Shown: positions 8,602 through 19,213 of the stretch, one piece after another
Position numbering within the stretch: position 1 is the first letter of the stretch
Layout: every line of letters begins with the position of its first letter
IMG/VR virus record: IMGVR_UViG_3300031951_000008
Length of the DNA: 64,000 nucleotides
Reading direction: 5' to 3' (one strand)
Source: a virus
Lineage: Duplodnaviria > Caudoviricetes
Program-made: the position numbers and the translations under genes
Notes under the pieces: model-generated
The model's input: only the letters and a program-made list of their open reading frames with translations
What the model was told of the DNA's origin: nothing
Databases searched by the model: none

Positions 8602-11600
8602 ATGCCGATGGACCCCCAAGTATATGCTTTAAATATAATGCTGCAGCTTGAAGCAGAGGCGGCATATGAGAGTTTGAACCAATTTGAAGAGAAACTTCTG
8701 CAGATAGAGCAGAGTGTTAGTGATACTGCCGTCGCTGCGATGAATACGATCACTACAAATGTGCAGAATACGAACGCTGTTTTAGAGTTGACAAATAGAG
8801 CATTTGTGGACATCAGAGACAGAAATACTGAGATTTCAGCTAGTATACAGGATTATACCAACTATTTAGAAAATGTAAGCGGTTTTCTAGCTGACATGCA
8901 GATTAGTAGCATGGGTATAGCTGAGAGTATGGGCGTATATAACGAATTTTTGAAACAGATAAGGAAAAAGTCAGAAGACGATCTGGACAAGCTGACTAAA
9001 ACTACAGATCTATGGAAGGATTTAAAGGAGCATCACGAAGAAATTAGCAAGTCTTTAAAAGATGAGCGAGATAACTTCGAGCACATATACAAGTTGGCAG
9101 AAAGCTATCAAAAAGAGATTAAGTCAAAGAACAAGTTACATGATGACGAAAATAAGCTTGTTGCTAAAGAAGACGGGTTGTGGATAGGCTTGCTGAAAAA
9201 ATCAGGTTTATATAGCGAGAATATTGAAAGAATCGCCGGTAACTGGGACAGAGTTTATGGAAGATTACAGAGAATAGTCGCGGCCCTGCGTGCTCTTGAT
9301 AGTGAAGTAGAACAATTTATAGAGATAAACTATCGAGCATATGGATCACAGCAATTGTTAGCACAGTCGTCGATTAATTTGGCGATGGAAGTAGGATTGT
9401 TACGCGGCAGGGCAGTAGAGGCTTATAAAGCACTAGCAGATACTAAGATACCGAGAAATGAACTGGATAAGTTAGCTAAGACAGTAGTTTTGGTTAACAA
9501 GTATACTGGTATGGCAATACCAACACTGGCTAACTTTGCCAGATCACAGCGACAAATAGGCTTAGATAGCGTCTCCGTAATGAGACAGCTCAACTACGCT
9601 GGCGAGGCGATGCGTAAGTACGGCTTGACTTCCGAAGATACGTCTAAGTTGCTCGGTGTTGCATCAGATGGTGCAAGAACGATGAAAATGCTTTTTGCAG
9701 GTGCAGTTGACCCTGCCGCAGAAGTAGAAAAATTTAATAAGATACAGCTTGGCTTAGGCGGGCTGGCTAAAACTTTAGGCTTCACTTCTGACCAAGTAGC
9801 TCAGTTTCAGCAACAGTTAGCCGACCCAGTATTCATGGCTAAATTTCAGATGGTTACTGGGACTCAGATAAAGTCCGCTGAAGATGTGACTAAGGCTTAC
9901 CTAGAAGGTGGCCGTATGATGGCCGAGGAATACAAGAGAGTCGAGGAAGCAAGTAAGCAAGGCGTAGCAGCGGCAGCAATCGCCACGGCGAAATACCAGA
10001 AAATGGGCGAGAAGATGTTTGGATCAGCCGCCGCAGCTGATATGATGAGGATGACATTTGAGAAGGCAGCCGCAGAAACTAAGGCATTAGGCAAGGATCT
10101 AGACGAAGCGACGCTCGAAGCCGGTCTAATGGCTGCAATGGAGAAAGACGCAGCAGAAGCCTCGAACACCTTAGAAGCCCAATTAGTACGACTAAACGAA
10201 CTATTAAGCGGCCCTATTGGTACTGTACTCAGCTTCTTTAGAGATGGATTGAGAGATATAGTATTTGTTATAAACGAACTACTTGAAGTTATTAGCCCAT
10301 TTATCGGATGGTTGGGTACATTGTCGGAGACATTAAAGGAAACGAGCCCATTATTATATAGAGTTTACTCTGTTTTTAGGGCTCTGATAACCGCTGTCGG
10401 TATATTTATAGTAGTCGCATCCGGTTTAGCAGGAGTGAGAGCACTAATTAGGGCAGTAGGTCAGGCAGCAGCAGAAGCTGCTGCTCAAGTAGGTTCTGGT
10501 TTAGGTAGAGGTTTGGCAGCATTAGGAGAGGCCGTTCGAAGGCACGTAGTGGTTTTAATAGGCTTAGCCTTCGCATTTACTCTTGTAGGGGCTGGGATCT
10601 ATTTAATGGCATCAGGCTTAGCACAGCTTAAAGATGCAGGCATGCAAGCGATTGGAATGTTAGCGGGCCTATTGTTTGTTACAGGCTTGTTTATGGTGTT
10701 TTTAGTCGGATTAGGGACAGCCGCTAACTTAGCAGTACCAGGCTTGTTAGCTATCGCGGCTGTCTTGGCTAGCATAGGTTTAATGATTTATTTGGTAGGA
10801 GCAGGTATACAACTGGCTGGCCAAGGCTTTGAGATGATGAGTAAATCGGTTACCATGGAGTTAGCTGGAAGCCTATTAGCTGTAAATGCAGCGTTGGCTA
10901 CATTCGTAGTATCGGCATTTGCTACTGTGCCTGCGGTGTGGGCATTGGCGGGATCGTTCAAAAAACTTGCTACTAGTGCTAGCACTATATCTGAGTCCAT
11001 GACTTTGATAAATGACTTTGTACAAGCACTAAAGGGCTTAGATCTAGGAAGCTCGATAGACAAGTTTGTTAATTCTTTAAAGCAACTGAGCGAAGGCGGA
11101 GTTATAACAGAAGAGGGCATGGAGGCTCTAAGAAGGGTATCCGGCAAAATCGCTGAGGTGGCGAGGGTTTTATTGCCAGCAACTTTGATGCTTGGTGTTG
11201 TTTCGGCTGTAATGGGCTTTAGTGGGCTCGCATTCAAGACTGGTGCGGTTGCACTAAATGAAGGTGCTAAGTTGCTTGGTAGTACTGCTGATATGATGAT
11301 AGCGGCGGCCCCGAAGTTAGGAGAGGCCGTTAAGATTTTAAGCCCATTGATGCCTGACCTAGTCGATATCGCCATGAGAATCGGTGGGATAGGCGTTATC
11401 TTGATAGTAGCGTCTGGATTCTTCTTAGCAGGGTCTGCCATTTTGCTAGCTGGCTCAACAGTTTTTGCGTTGGCTGCCTCCGCTATTAGGCTAGGCTCAG
11501 GCTTGCTTTTAACCAGTTCAGAGTTCGTGTTAGAATCTAGTAAAAATTTACAGACAGCAGGCACACTGTTACTGCAGGGAGTGACACAGCTTTTGCCAGC

Positions 11601-12273
11601 ATTGGTTATGCTTATACCCATTAGCGGTCTAATGATAGTCGCTGGAGCATCGATGGTAGCCGGTGGGGTCTTGATGCTATCGGGTTCGACGATGATTATG
11701 GTCTCATCATTGGCATTGTTCGGAGCATTGATGATGCTTCAAGGAATAACAGGAATATTCGATACTACTATTGAAAAAGTGTCTAAGCTAGGGCGTGGTA
11801 TAGAAGGCATTTCATTCGGATTTGCTAACTTAGCTAGATCAGTGCTAATAGGCACAGCTTTACTTAGCGGCATATCATCAACATTGGGCTCTGAGTTAGA
11901 AAAATCAACGAGAATCTTAGATCAGTATGCTTCAGTCTTTGAATCAACTGCCGATCGAATTCAGTCGGCTATATCCGATAAGATAATACCTTCAATGAGG
12001 GCCGCACAAGAGGCTGGCATCATTGAGACTTTGAGGACAGAGACGATTATTACCAGTCCACCGATGAGAGAAGTCGGCGAGAAAGAGTCCGTAGCTACAG
12101 AAGATCAGTCAGCTAATGCCGCCGATGTTTTATCGGCTATTAGTGAGAAATTGTCTACTATCATAAGTAGCTCAAATGCTAAAGACATACTAGATCTATT
12201 ACGTGATCATTTGCCCAACGTCTCTGGTGAGAGGGGCGATACTGGTTTATCCTCACATATGAATGGGTGGTAA
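8602..12273 (+). CDS. Tail tape measure protein
   Basis: 1223 aa, Ala/Leu/Gly-rich helical sequence with hydrophobic segments, upstream of baseplate genes; AGGAG RBS. Confidence 0.85.
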   Translation: MPMDPQVYALNIMLQLEAEAAYESLNQFEEKLLQIEQSVSDTAVAAMNTITTNVQNTNAVLELTNRAFVDIRDRNTEISASIQDYTNYLENVSGFLADMQISSMGIAESMGVYNEFLKQIRKKSEDDLDKLTKTTDLWKDLKEHHEEISKSLKDERDNFEHIYKLAESYQKEIKSKNKLHDDENKLVAKEDGLWIGLLKKSGLYSENIERIAGNWDRVYGRLQRIVAALRALDSEVEQFIEINYRAYGSQQLLAQSSINLAMEVGLLRGRAVEAYKALADTKIPRNELDKLAKTVVLVNKYTGMAIPTLANFARSQRQIGLDSVSVMRQLNYAGEAMRKYGLTSEDTSKLLGVASDGARTMKMLFAGAVDPAAEVEKFNKIQLGLGGLAKTLGFTSDQVAQFQQQLADPVFMAKFQMVTGTQIKSAEDVTKAYLEGGRMMAEEYKRVEEASKQGVAAAAIATAKYQKMGEKMFGSAAAADMMRMTFEKAAAETKALGKDLDEATLEAGLMAAMEKDAAEASNTLEAQLVRLNELLSGPIGTVLSFFRDGLRDIVFVINELLEVISPFIGWLGTLSETLKETSPLLYRVYSVFRALITAVGIFIVVASGLAGVRALIRAVGQAAAEAAAQVGSGLGRGLAALGEAVRRHVVVLIGLAFAFTLVGAGIYLMASGLAQLKDAGMQAIGMLAGLLFVTGLFMVFLVGLGTAANLAVPGLLAIAAVLASIGLMIYLVGAGIQLAGQGFEMMSKSVTMELAGSLLAVNAALATFVVSAFATVPAVWALAGSFKKLATSASTISESMTLINDFVQALKGLDLGSSIDKFVNSLKQLSEGGVITEEGMEALRRVSGKIAEVARVLLPATLMLGVVSAVMGFSGLAFKTGAVALNEGAKLLGSTADMMIAAAPKLGEAVKILSPLMPDLVDIAMRIGGIGVILIVASGFFLAGSAILLAGSTVFALAASAIRLGSGLLLTSSEFVLESSKNLQTAGTLLLQGVTQLLPALVMLIPISGLMIVAGASMVAGGVLMLSGSTMIMVSSLALFGALMMLQGITGIFDTTIEKVSKLGRGIEGISFGFANLARSVLIGTALLSGISSTLGSELEKSTRILDQYASVFESTADRIQSAISDKIIPSMRAAQEAGIIETLRTETIITSPPMREVGEKESVATEDQSANAADVLSAISEKLSTIISSSNAKDILDLLRDHLPNVSGERGDTGLSSHMNGW

Positions 12274-12275
12274 GA

Positions 12276-12917
12276 ATGGAATACGCTGAGGACGATAAGA
12301 GGCTGAATAATTTTGTAACATTACAATTCCAGACGGGGGTCGATAAGAATAAGAGAGCCATGTGGGAAAGTGTCGAATTTCAGTTTCCTCCGAAGGTTTT
12401 ATCGGACAGTAGACGTGGCACGTGGGATGAACAAGACGTAATGGGAACCGAGCCGATCGCTATTTATGGTGGCTCTGGTCCTAGAAATATTTCTATGCAG
12501 ATTACATACTTAGTCGACGGCGACCGGCAGGGAAGTTGGAATTGTACAAAGATTACCAAGCAGATCAGGCTCATGCGAGGATACTTCCAGAGAATACAAG
12601 ATTATAAAGCCGCACAGCGAAATTTGGTGGTGAAATTAAAATTGTGGTGTATAGGCGGTAGAACTCCAATGACTTTTAGGTTACGTAGTTGCGACGTGAA
12701 GTATGGCGAAACTATGATTACAAATAAGATGCAAAGGGATTCTAGCGTCGAGAGTTCGACATATTTTCCTTTGAGAACTGATGTAACTCTAGACTTAAGT
12801 TCCTGGACACAAGGTGCATATATTGAGCCAGGAGCAGACGGTGGAGTAAGGGTAAATCAGGGTGCCAATCAGTTTATTGAGGATTTAGATTTGAATTTAA
12901 TTGAGGCTTGGTATTAA
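12276..12917 (+). CDS. Tail tube initiator / baseplate protein (gp48/gp54-like)
   Basis: FQFPPKV.SDSR...W...DVMGTEPIAIYGGSGPRNISMQITY; directly after the tape measure gene. The ATG at 12276 is preferred to the GTG at 12267. Confidence 0.65.
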   Translation: MEYAEDDKRLNNFVTLQFQTGVDKNKRAMWESVEFQFPPKVLSDSRRGTWDEQDVMGTEPIAIYGGSGPRNISMQITYLVDGDRQGSWNCTKITKQIRLMRGYFQRIQDYKAAQRNLVVKLKLWCIGGRTPMTFRLRSCDVKYGETMITNKMQRDSSVESSTYFPLRTDVTLDLSSWTQGAYIEPGADGGVRVNQGANQFIEDLDLNLIEAWY

Positions 12918-13222
12918 TGAGCTACTCACGCTACACAACAACACCTGAGACAGAGTACGATGGAGCACATACTTATGGCAAGTGGAAATCGTACAATTTT
13001 TTGACAGAGTCATTGGCAGAGAATCAAACACGTACATTATATATAACTAATGCTTATGAGGGTAGACCCGACCTAATATCGCAGCAGATATATAATACAA
13101 CTAAACTAGATTGGGTGTTGATAGCTTTTAACAAGGTACGTAACCCATTAAATTGGCCTAGAGCTGGTGATATTATCAGGTATCCACTAGAATCAGTGGT
13201 AATGACGGAGATATTGCAGTGA
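12917..13222 (+). CDS. Baseplate wedge protein (gp53 / LysM-like)
   Basis: YEGRPDLISQQIYNTTKLDWVLIAFN...GDIIRYP. Confidence 0.75.
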   Translation: MSYSRYTTTPETEYDGAHTYGKWKSYNFLTESLAENQTRTLYITNAYEGRPDLISQQIYNTTKLDWVLIAFNKVRNPLNWPRAGDIIRYPLESVVMTEILQ

Positions 13223-15420
13223 GAGATATAACGGACGTAACGTGGGATAGATTTTTTACAGAGAGATCTAAACCGTTAGCCGAAAGATTTCCAGGGTTTT
13301 ACAGAGCCCAGGTAGTTGAAACAAATGACCCATTGAACATCGGTAGGCTACGCATAAAATGCCCTGACTTACATGATTCAACCTTAAGGCCCGGTGATTG
13401 CCCTTGGGCCACCACAGCATACGATACTGGTGGATTTAAAGCTGGGAGATTTAGCAGTCATTGTATAGGAGACTGGGTATGGGTATCGTTTGAAAAGCAG
13501 CATCCGTATGCGCCTATAGTGGTTGGATCTGCGGACCCAACAAGAACTGCTAATTATAGCCTGCCTAGCGTTCATATAGAGACACCTTCAAGGCTGAACG
13601 TTGGTGTGAACGACAAGAATTCAGATAAGCGTTTCACGCGGCTGCAGGACTATAATAAGGATTATTTGCCAAAAGACCGTAGACCAATGGCTCACGGATG
13701 GGTCGATAGATATGGAACTATGGACGTTAGCTCATCTGTAGGATACTTTCCAGTAGAGCACGATGTCACACCTCCGCCTCCAGATCATGATGCTTTGCAG
13801 AATACGGCCTTTAACTATAATGCTAATAAACCGGTAGTCAATAACCCAGATAAGAAGTATTCTGCGAGAATTACTAAGTATGGACACATGTTTATAATGG
13901 GAGATCAAGGTTATTATTGGCGAAAAGAGGCAAACTCAGAACTAGGAGAATTTACTGGCAATGGTGAGCTAGACTTGAATTGGGAGCAGAAGAGGTGGCT
14001 AAGCCTTCAGAAATTTATAAATGAAGGCAAACCAGACACAAATAAAAGCCAAAGCGATCAGCGAAGAGTCGAAGTTCAAACTAGATATGGTCATAAAATA
14101 GAGATGCGAGATGTAGGGTGGGCTCAAATGGGTCCCATCAAGTCGAAGTCAAGAGAAGGTGAATTTGGTGAACCTAGAGTATTGTCCAAGGAAACTAAAA
14201 GCGATCAACGCTGGATTAAGTTAAGAACAAAGGGTGGAATGCTCTTTCAAGCTTATGATAAAGGGTCCGATCCTAGTAAGGATAAATTCATTACACGTAG
14301 TAATAGTGTAGAAAAAGGCTTTGGAAGCGAGAAGGAAGATAAATATTGGGCTAATAAGGATGCACGATGGGTGAGATTAGTAACGAGACATGGCTTCAAG
14401 ATAGTCCTAGATGATAGAGGCTCAAGTAGTACAGATGCTGACAATAAAGAGACACCAAGGGGGAACGGTGTTTTAATTAAGGGTCGTCGTTCTCCAGGGT
14501 CGAAAGCTAGGGTAACGAAGGGTGATCCCAGAGGGTTCTTTTGGGAGTTCAATGAGAATGATGCTGCGAATCATACTACTTGGGGTACACCTCTTGGCCT
14601 AGCTGTAGAAATGAACGATAGATATCAGTACATGCTTCTAGCAGCTTCGCTTGGGAAAGGATACTCAAAAAAGTATCGTGGCCTTGCTGAGAATGAATTC
14701 GTAGGTGAGCCAGCGATGGCAAGGAATCCTGAGCGTAATAGTCATCATCTAAAGATAGACCATGATAATGCCTATATTAGATTTAAAACAAGAGGAGGGC
14801 GTGGCACTAAAGCCGACAGGCAAGCAAACCCATCTGGAGTTACTAGGTCAGAATTGAATCAAGGGTTTGAAGCTAGAGATGGTGAAAGGGGCGACGGACC
14901 GTGGGTTGAACTTGTAGACAGCCAAGAACGTGGCCTTTGGCTTTCGAAGAAGTATAGAATTGGCGTTTGGCGTGCTAGAAACAGCCGACAGATGTACATG
15001 TATATGGAAGAAGATAAAAGACATATTGTCATCTTCAATAACGAACAGGCAGGTAAAATCACATTGTTTTCTAATGCCGATATAGAGATAGTTTCTAATA
15101 AGAATATACATTTACAGGCCCAGAACCATATATTTATGAAGGCCGGTCGATCTATTACGATGCAGGGAGGTGCTACTTCATGCCGCTTGGCTAATAATAA
15201 GATAGACACCAACGCTATTATCAACGCAGATACGGTATTTGCTAGACTACCAAATACTCTGCCTGGTGCTATCGGCGGTGAGAGTCGTCCCGTGGCTACC
15301 CAGGTAGAAACAGTTGATGCGCCAATTTTACCAAGTAAGCTTAAACCATCAGATCGAGGTGAAACATACAATAAGCCATTTGAAGCTTGCCCTAGAGAGG
15401 AAATAGAGCATCCGATATGA
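13219..15420 (+). CDS. Baseplate central spike (gp5/VgrG-like)
   Basis: N-terminal OB fold GFYRAQVVETNDPLNIGRLRIKCP...CPWA...GDWVWVSFE; repeated TxxGxxxxxxD beta-strand units (TKYGHMFIMGD, TRYGHKIEMRD, TRHGFKIVLDD, TPLGLAVEMND). Confidence 0.8.
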   Translation: MRDITDVTWDRFFTERSKPLAERFPGFYRAQVVETNDPLNIGRLRIKCPDLHDSTLRPGDCPWATTAYDTGGFKAGRFSSHCIGDWVWVSFEKQHPYAPIVVGSADPTRTANYSLPSVHIETPSRLNVGVNDKNSDKRFTRLQDYNKDYLPKDRRPMAHGWVDRYGTMDVSSSVGYFPVEHDVTPPPPDHDALQNTAFNYNANKPVVNNPDKKYSARITKYGHMFIMGDQGYYWRKEANSELGEFTGNGELDLNWEQKRWLSLQKFINEGKPDTNKSQSDQRRVEVQTRYGHKIEMRDVGWAQMGPIKSKSREGEFGEPRVLSKETKSDQRWIKLRTKGGMLFQAYDKGSDPSKDKFITRSNSVEKGFGSEKEDKYWANKDARWVRLVTRHGFKIVLDDRGSSSTDADNKETPRGNGVLIKGRRSPGSKARVTKGDPRGFFWEFNENDAANHTTWGTPLGLAVEMNDRYQYMLLAASLGKGYSKKYRGLAENEFVGEPAMARNPERNSHHLKIDHDNAYIRFKTRGGRGTKADRQANPSGVTRSELNQGFEARDGERGDGPWVELVDSQERGLWLSKKYRIGVWRARNSRQMYMYMEEDKRHIVIFNNEQAGKITLFSNADIEIVSNKNIHLQAQNHIFMKAGRSITMQGGATSCRLANNKIDTNAIINADTVFARLPNTLPGAIGGESRPVATQVETVDAPILPSKLKPSDRGETYNKPFEACPREEIEHPI

Positions 15421-16160
15421 TAGTCAGATATCCAACAGGTTTATATGGAGATCTGCTGCAGACCAGCCAGTCTATTACTTATACAGTAAGCAATCAAGAC
15501 CCGCCTCGAACTGATTTGATCTATGCTAAGATACCTTTGGGTGTGGTGCTAAAGCAGCGAGAGCCGAAGGATGAAGATGTTGTCGCGAGAAGGAATAAGA
15601 CTTTTGGTGATCTAATTTATACTATATCGCAGGCTTCTAGGTCATTAGAAGGGAACAATCAGTCTCAATTTGAGATAGGACAGGTATTGGAGTTCAGCGT
15701 AGAGACAGGAAAGGATGTAGATCCTATGCTGGTTAATCCGTTGATAGAGATTCAACATAATACCAATATTTTAGATCTAACTAGTCTGGGCTTAACAGAG
15801 TCAGAGCAGGGATCGTTGGCTAATATAGTATTGGCCACACAGATAAGTATCACGAATCAGCTAAACAAAATAAAGGAATTACGTTACAACGCAGAACAAG
15901 ATGTGACGACCAGCCAGAAGCAGATCAACGATTTAAGCAAGGCTATAGAATCGTTAGAGATAGCGTTGAAAAATGCCCCTGCGTATAGTAGCTTGTCGAC
16001 TGAGTTGCAAGATTTAGAGACTTTAATCGACAAGTTAAAGGGCGAAAGAGATGCTGCCTTTATTAAACGCGATGATGCTATTCAGCAGGCTAATACCTAC
16101 GCTGGTTTAGCCACAGGCCTTGCTGATGAGCTAAGAAAGGTAGGCCAGTTAGTAAAATGA
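15417..16160 (+). CDS. Hypothetical baseplate-region protein with C-terminal coiled coil
   Basis: 247 aa, start/stop overlap-coupled between the gp5-like and gp25-like genes. Confidence 0.6.
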   Translation: MIVRYPTGLYGDLLQTSQSITYTVSNQDPPRTDLIYAKIPLGVVLKQREPKDEDVVARRNKTFGDLIYTISQASRSLEGNNQSQFEIGQVLEFSVETGKDVDPMLVNPLIEIQHNTNILDLTSLGLTESEQGSLANIVLATQISITNQLNKIKELRYNAEQDVTTSQKQINDLSKAIESLEIALKNAPAYSSLSTELQDLETLIDKLKGERDAAFIKRDDAIQQANTYAGLATGLADELRKVGQLVK

Positions 16161-16549
16161 GTAAGGCATTAGCTTTTGGATTTAACCCACCTTTCTTTGG
16201 AGGCCAAGAGAAAGTTTTGTCTCGTCAGGAAGATGAGCGGTTAATTAAGAACGACATATTACAATTATTGTTAACTGTTCCGGGAGAACGTGTACACCGG
16301 CCTAATTTCGGTGTGAATCTTCGCAATTTCGTCTTCGAGGCATTAACCGATCAAGATTTATTGATCCTAGAGCAAGAAATAACTGCGAAGCTAAGAACGT
16401 ACGAAGACAGGGTAACACTCGAAAATTTGGAACTAATACCGGATGAGAATAATTATGGATTGAACGTTAAACTAGTAACCAAGTTGCGGTCAGATCCGAG
16501 AATATACATTACAGTAGAGCGATTTTTCAAGGATTTAAATAATGGCTAA
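16157..16549 (+). CDS. Baseplate wedge gp25-like
   Basis: IKNDILQLLLTVPGERVHRPNFGVNLRNFVFE...YEDRV. Confidence 0.9.
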   Translation: MSKALAFGFNPPFFGGQEKVLSRQEDERLIKNDILQLLLTVPGERVHRPNFGVNLRNFVFEALTDQDLLILEQEITAKLRTYEDRVTLENLELIPDENNYGLNVKLVTKLRSDPRIYITVERFFKDLNNG

Positions 16550-18155
16550 CGAGACCACAGATACAGCATTCGTATTGCCGCAGGAGCCAGAGCAATATGG
16601 TACTGTATTGGTTAATTCGAATTTGAGGAAAATAGACTTTAGCGGTCTTGATTTTGATACGAGTCGACAGGCTATTTTAGAATATATCGCCACATATTTT
16701 CCTAACGATTTCAATGACTTCGTAGCCAGCAACGGCATTATAATGCTGACAGAAATCGTGGCTAGTGCTACTGCTAAGCTGGCACTTAGGTCTGACTTGT
16801 TAGCTCAAGAAGCAACTTTGCCTACGGCTTTGACTGAAGAAGCAGTAGTGAACCACTTGGCATTGATTAACCAGCGTATAAAAAGACAGAGCCCTGCTAC
16901 TGTGCTTATCCAGGCTACTATCGACAGGCCTGTCAACTCTGATATCGAGATAAATCCAGGAACGAAATTCCAGGTTTCGGGGCCTGATGGTAAACCTGTA
17001 ATATATGAGATATATAAGGCACCAGGCGATTACGTTAGTAAGATGTCTATACCGGCAGGCAAAAGAGGTGTAATCCTTTATGCTATTGAAGGTGAATTTG
17101 CTCAAGCGACGACCGTTATGAGTTCAGGTGCTGCGAATCAACAAGTAATAATCACTGCCACAAACGCCTTAGAGTTTCCTATATTTATATATGCAACGTT
17201 GGGGGGAGTGGTGACAGAGTGGTACGCGATAACAGAGCCAATTGAGAGATACGGGCCTAACGATAAAGTTGTGGAAGTCAATTTTATCGAGGATAAAATT
17301 GTACTGCGGTTCGGTGATAACGTCACTGGCTCGATACCGCCCTCAGGATCGAGTATAGAAATACGCTATAGAGTAGGTGGTGGACGAAGAGGAAGACTGG
17401 CAGCCGGACAGCTAGAGACATCACTGACTTACACGCCCCTTCCTCCGGCCTCCGCTCCTATTTCCGTGCTATTCAGGAACATTAACGCCTCAGAGGGCGG
17501 ATACGATAAAGAAACGTTAGAAGAGGCCAAAAGAAGGGCTCCGAAAGATTATGCTCTGCAGAGGAGCATAGTAACGCCAGAAGATTACGCCCAAGCTGTT
17601 ACTAATTTTAGCCATCCTACCTTCGGCATAATTAAGAAGTCAATAGTCACACTCAGGTCTAGTATCAATGCTAACTTGGTAGAAATATATGTGTTGTCAG
17701 AAGGCCAAGATGGTTTGCCTGTGGCAGCAAATGAAGGCCTCAAAAGAGCATTGGCGACCTACATCGACCAATTAAATGTGGCGACTGATAGTATACAGGT
17801 TTTAGATGGTAAAATTAAGCCTGTAGATGTTGAATTAAACGTGGTCATCAATAAAAATGCAGACGCTTCTATCGTTAGGCAGAAAGTGGAGAATGCTATA
17901 ACTAGCTATTTTTCATTAAATAATTGGAATATGGGAGAGGCATTTTACACTTCTCAATTTATAGATCAGTTACAAAGCATTGATGGAATTTCATTTGTTG
18001 ACTTGTTTAGTCCTAATGATAACATATTACCAACAGGCCAGCTAGGTGACGGAGATCCACTAAAGATAGGATTTAACGAAGTTATTACACTAGGAAGCAG
18101 GAAGACGAGTTACTATTATGAGCGAACTCCACCTCCTGCCGGATACGGCAGATGA
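16542..18155 (+). CDS. Baseplate wedge gp6 / baseplate-J-like
   Basis: DFSGLDFD, FNDFVASN, LRFGDNVTGSIP, YRVGGG, GGYDKETLEEAKRRAP, RSIVTPEDY. Confidence 0.9.
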   Translation: MANETTDTAFVLPQEPEQYGTVLVNSNLRKIDFSGLDFDTSRQAILEYIATYFPNDFNDFVASNGIIMLTEIVASATAKLALRSDLLAQEATLPTALTEEAVVNHLALINQRIKRQSPATVLIQATIDRPVNSDIEINPGTKFQVSGPDGKPVIYEIYKAPGDYVSKMSIPAGKRGVILYAIEGEFAQATTVMSSGAANQQVIITATNALEFPIFIYATLGGVVTEWYAITEPIERYGPNDKVVEVNFIEDKIVLRFGDNVTGSIPPSGSSIEIRYRVGGGRRGRLAAGQLETSLTYTPLPPASAPISVLFRNINASEGGYDKETLEEAKRRAPKDYALQRSIVTPEDYAQAVTNFSHPTFGIIKKSIVTLRSSINANLVEIYVLSEGQDGLPVAANEGLKRALATYIDQLNVATDSIQVLDGKIKPVDVELNVVINKNADASIVRQKVENAITSYFSLNNWNMGEAFYTSQFIDQLQSIDGISFVDLFSPNDNILPTGQLGDGDPLKIGFNEVITLGSRKTSYYYERTPPPAGYGR

Positions 18156-18576
18156 TTGGGTCGATAAATGTTGGGGCAAAACCCGCACTTTAATCGATAC
18201 TACATATTATTCTAAGCACGAACTAATGGTTAGAGCTGGCGGTTATTGTTCTTTACATTATCACAAATATAGAGCTAATAGCTTTACTGTTACTGGCGGG
18301 TGTGTAGATGTAGTTATGTTTATGGGACCTATACTAAAGAGATATAGGCTTGACAGGGACAATAATAAGCTTGTGGTTCCGTCTTTAGTGCCGCATATGT
18401 TTATGGTTGTGAAAGATGGGATCATAATAGAAGAGTATTTTAGTGATAGAAAAGAGGGAGAGGTACAGTCTAATGATATATATAGGATAATTGAAGGAGG
18501 AAGGACACAGGTTGAGGACTTTGATCATTTACCAATGTCGATTATGAAAGATAAATTATGCATGACAATAATTTAG
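18118..18576 (+). CDS. Cupin-fold protein (sugar-isomerase-like)
   Basis: KCWG...CSLHYHKYRANSFTVTGG...VPSLVPHMF; cupin HxH...H metal motif. Confidence 0.7.
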   Translation: MSELHLLPDTADDWVDKCWGKTRTLIDTTYYSKHELMVRAGGYCSLHYHKYRANSFTVTGGCVDVVMFMGPILKRYRLDRDNNKLVVPSLVPHMFMVVKDGIIIEEYFSDRKEGEVQSNDIYRIIEGGRTQVEDFDHLPMSIMKDKLCMTII

Positions 18577-18938
18577 TATACTGGACAGTTGTATATGACA
18601 ATAACCCAGAACAGGTGTTTTATTATGTCGACAAAAGTAAGCTACTCGCAAATGTAGAGTCTTCTCTGCATGGGTATAACTTGGAAGACAATGAGATAGT
18701 AACAGAAAGTATAGAAAAATGTATGGAGAAGATTAAAGAATATTTTAATATGCCTTGCATACCGATTTTGTTTGGTAGTATGCAGATAGTTATTAATCGT
18801 TGGAGCATGGACAAGACCTGCCCCATTCATCAAGTCTTACTTGAGGCGTATGATAAGACAACCGATGACGACTTAAAGGCCAAGATAGATAAATTATTTA
18901 ATAATTATCAGCCTGATTCGCCTGGATGTAGTTCGTGA
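18558..18938 (+). CDS. Hypothetical protein
   Basis: 126-aa ORF coupled to the cupin gene. Confidence 0.55.
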   Translation: MHDNNLVYWTVVYDNNPEQVFYYVDKSKLLANVESSLHGYNLEDNEIVTESIEKCMEKIKEYFNMPCIPILFGSMQIVINRWSMDKTCPIHQVLLEAYDKTTDDDLKAKIDKLFNNYQPDSPGCSS

Positions 18939-19213
18939 TATAATTGTGATCTCATCTGTTCCACTATATGAGCCAGCATTTTAGCTACATCGAAATCATG
19001 TCCTTTCGAATATATATATGGCATTCCATCTTTAATCATAATTGAGAAAGCCAAGTCTGGCTGAATCTCAGTTATTACTGGTTGTAATCCATCTGAGAAG
19101 ATTTTGTATCGTTTGTCAAAGATGGCTTTGGCGTTATCTTCAGTACTGTTCTCTTGTGTGTTTGGGGGTACAGAATTGTCTGTCACTAAGTCGTCTTGTA
19201 TTGATTCTGACAT
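18908..19213 (-). CDS. Hypothetical protein
   Basis: 101-aa ORF filling the gap; natural-looking composition. Confidence 0.55.
   Translation of the reverse strand: MSESIQDDLVTDNSVPPNTQENSTEDNAKAIFDKRYKIFSDGLQPVITEIQPDLAFSIMIKDGMPYIYSKGHDFDVAKMLAHIVEQMRSQLYHELHPGESG

Noticed and set aside
10788-11621. 277-aa antisense ORF in the tape measure gene, plus similar ORFs at 9594, 9897, 35585, 32274 and 56017
   Set aside because: Fully nested antisense to clearly coding genes; low-complexity mirror sequence.
19104-19211. N-terminal extension of ORF 19104..19853 that looks like a signal peptide
   Set aside because: It is the antisense of gene 18908..19213; the ATG at 19212 is preferred.
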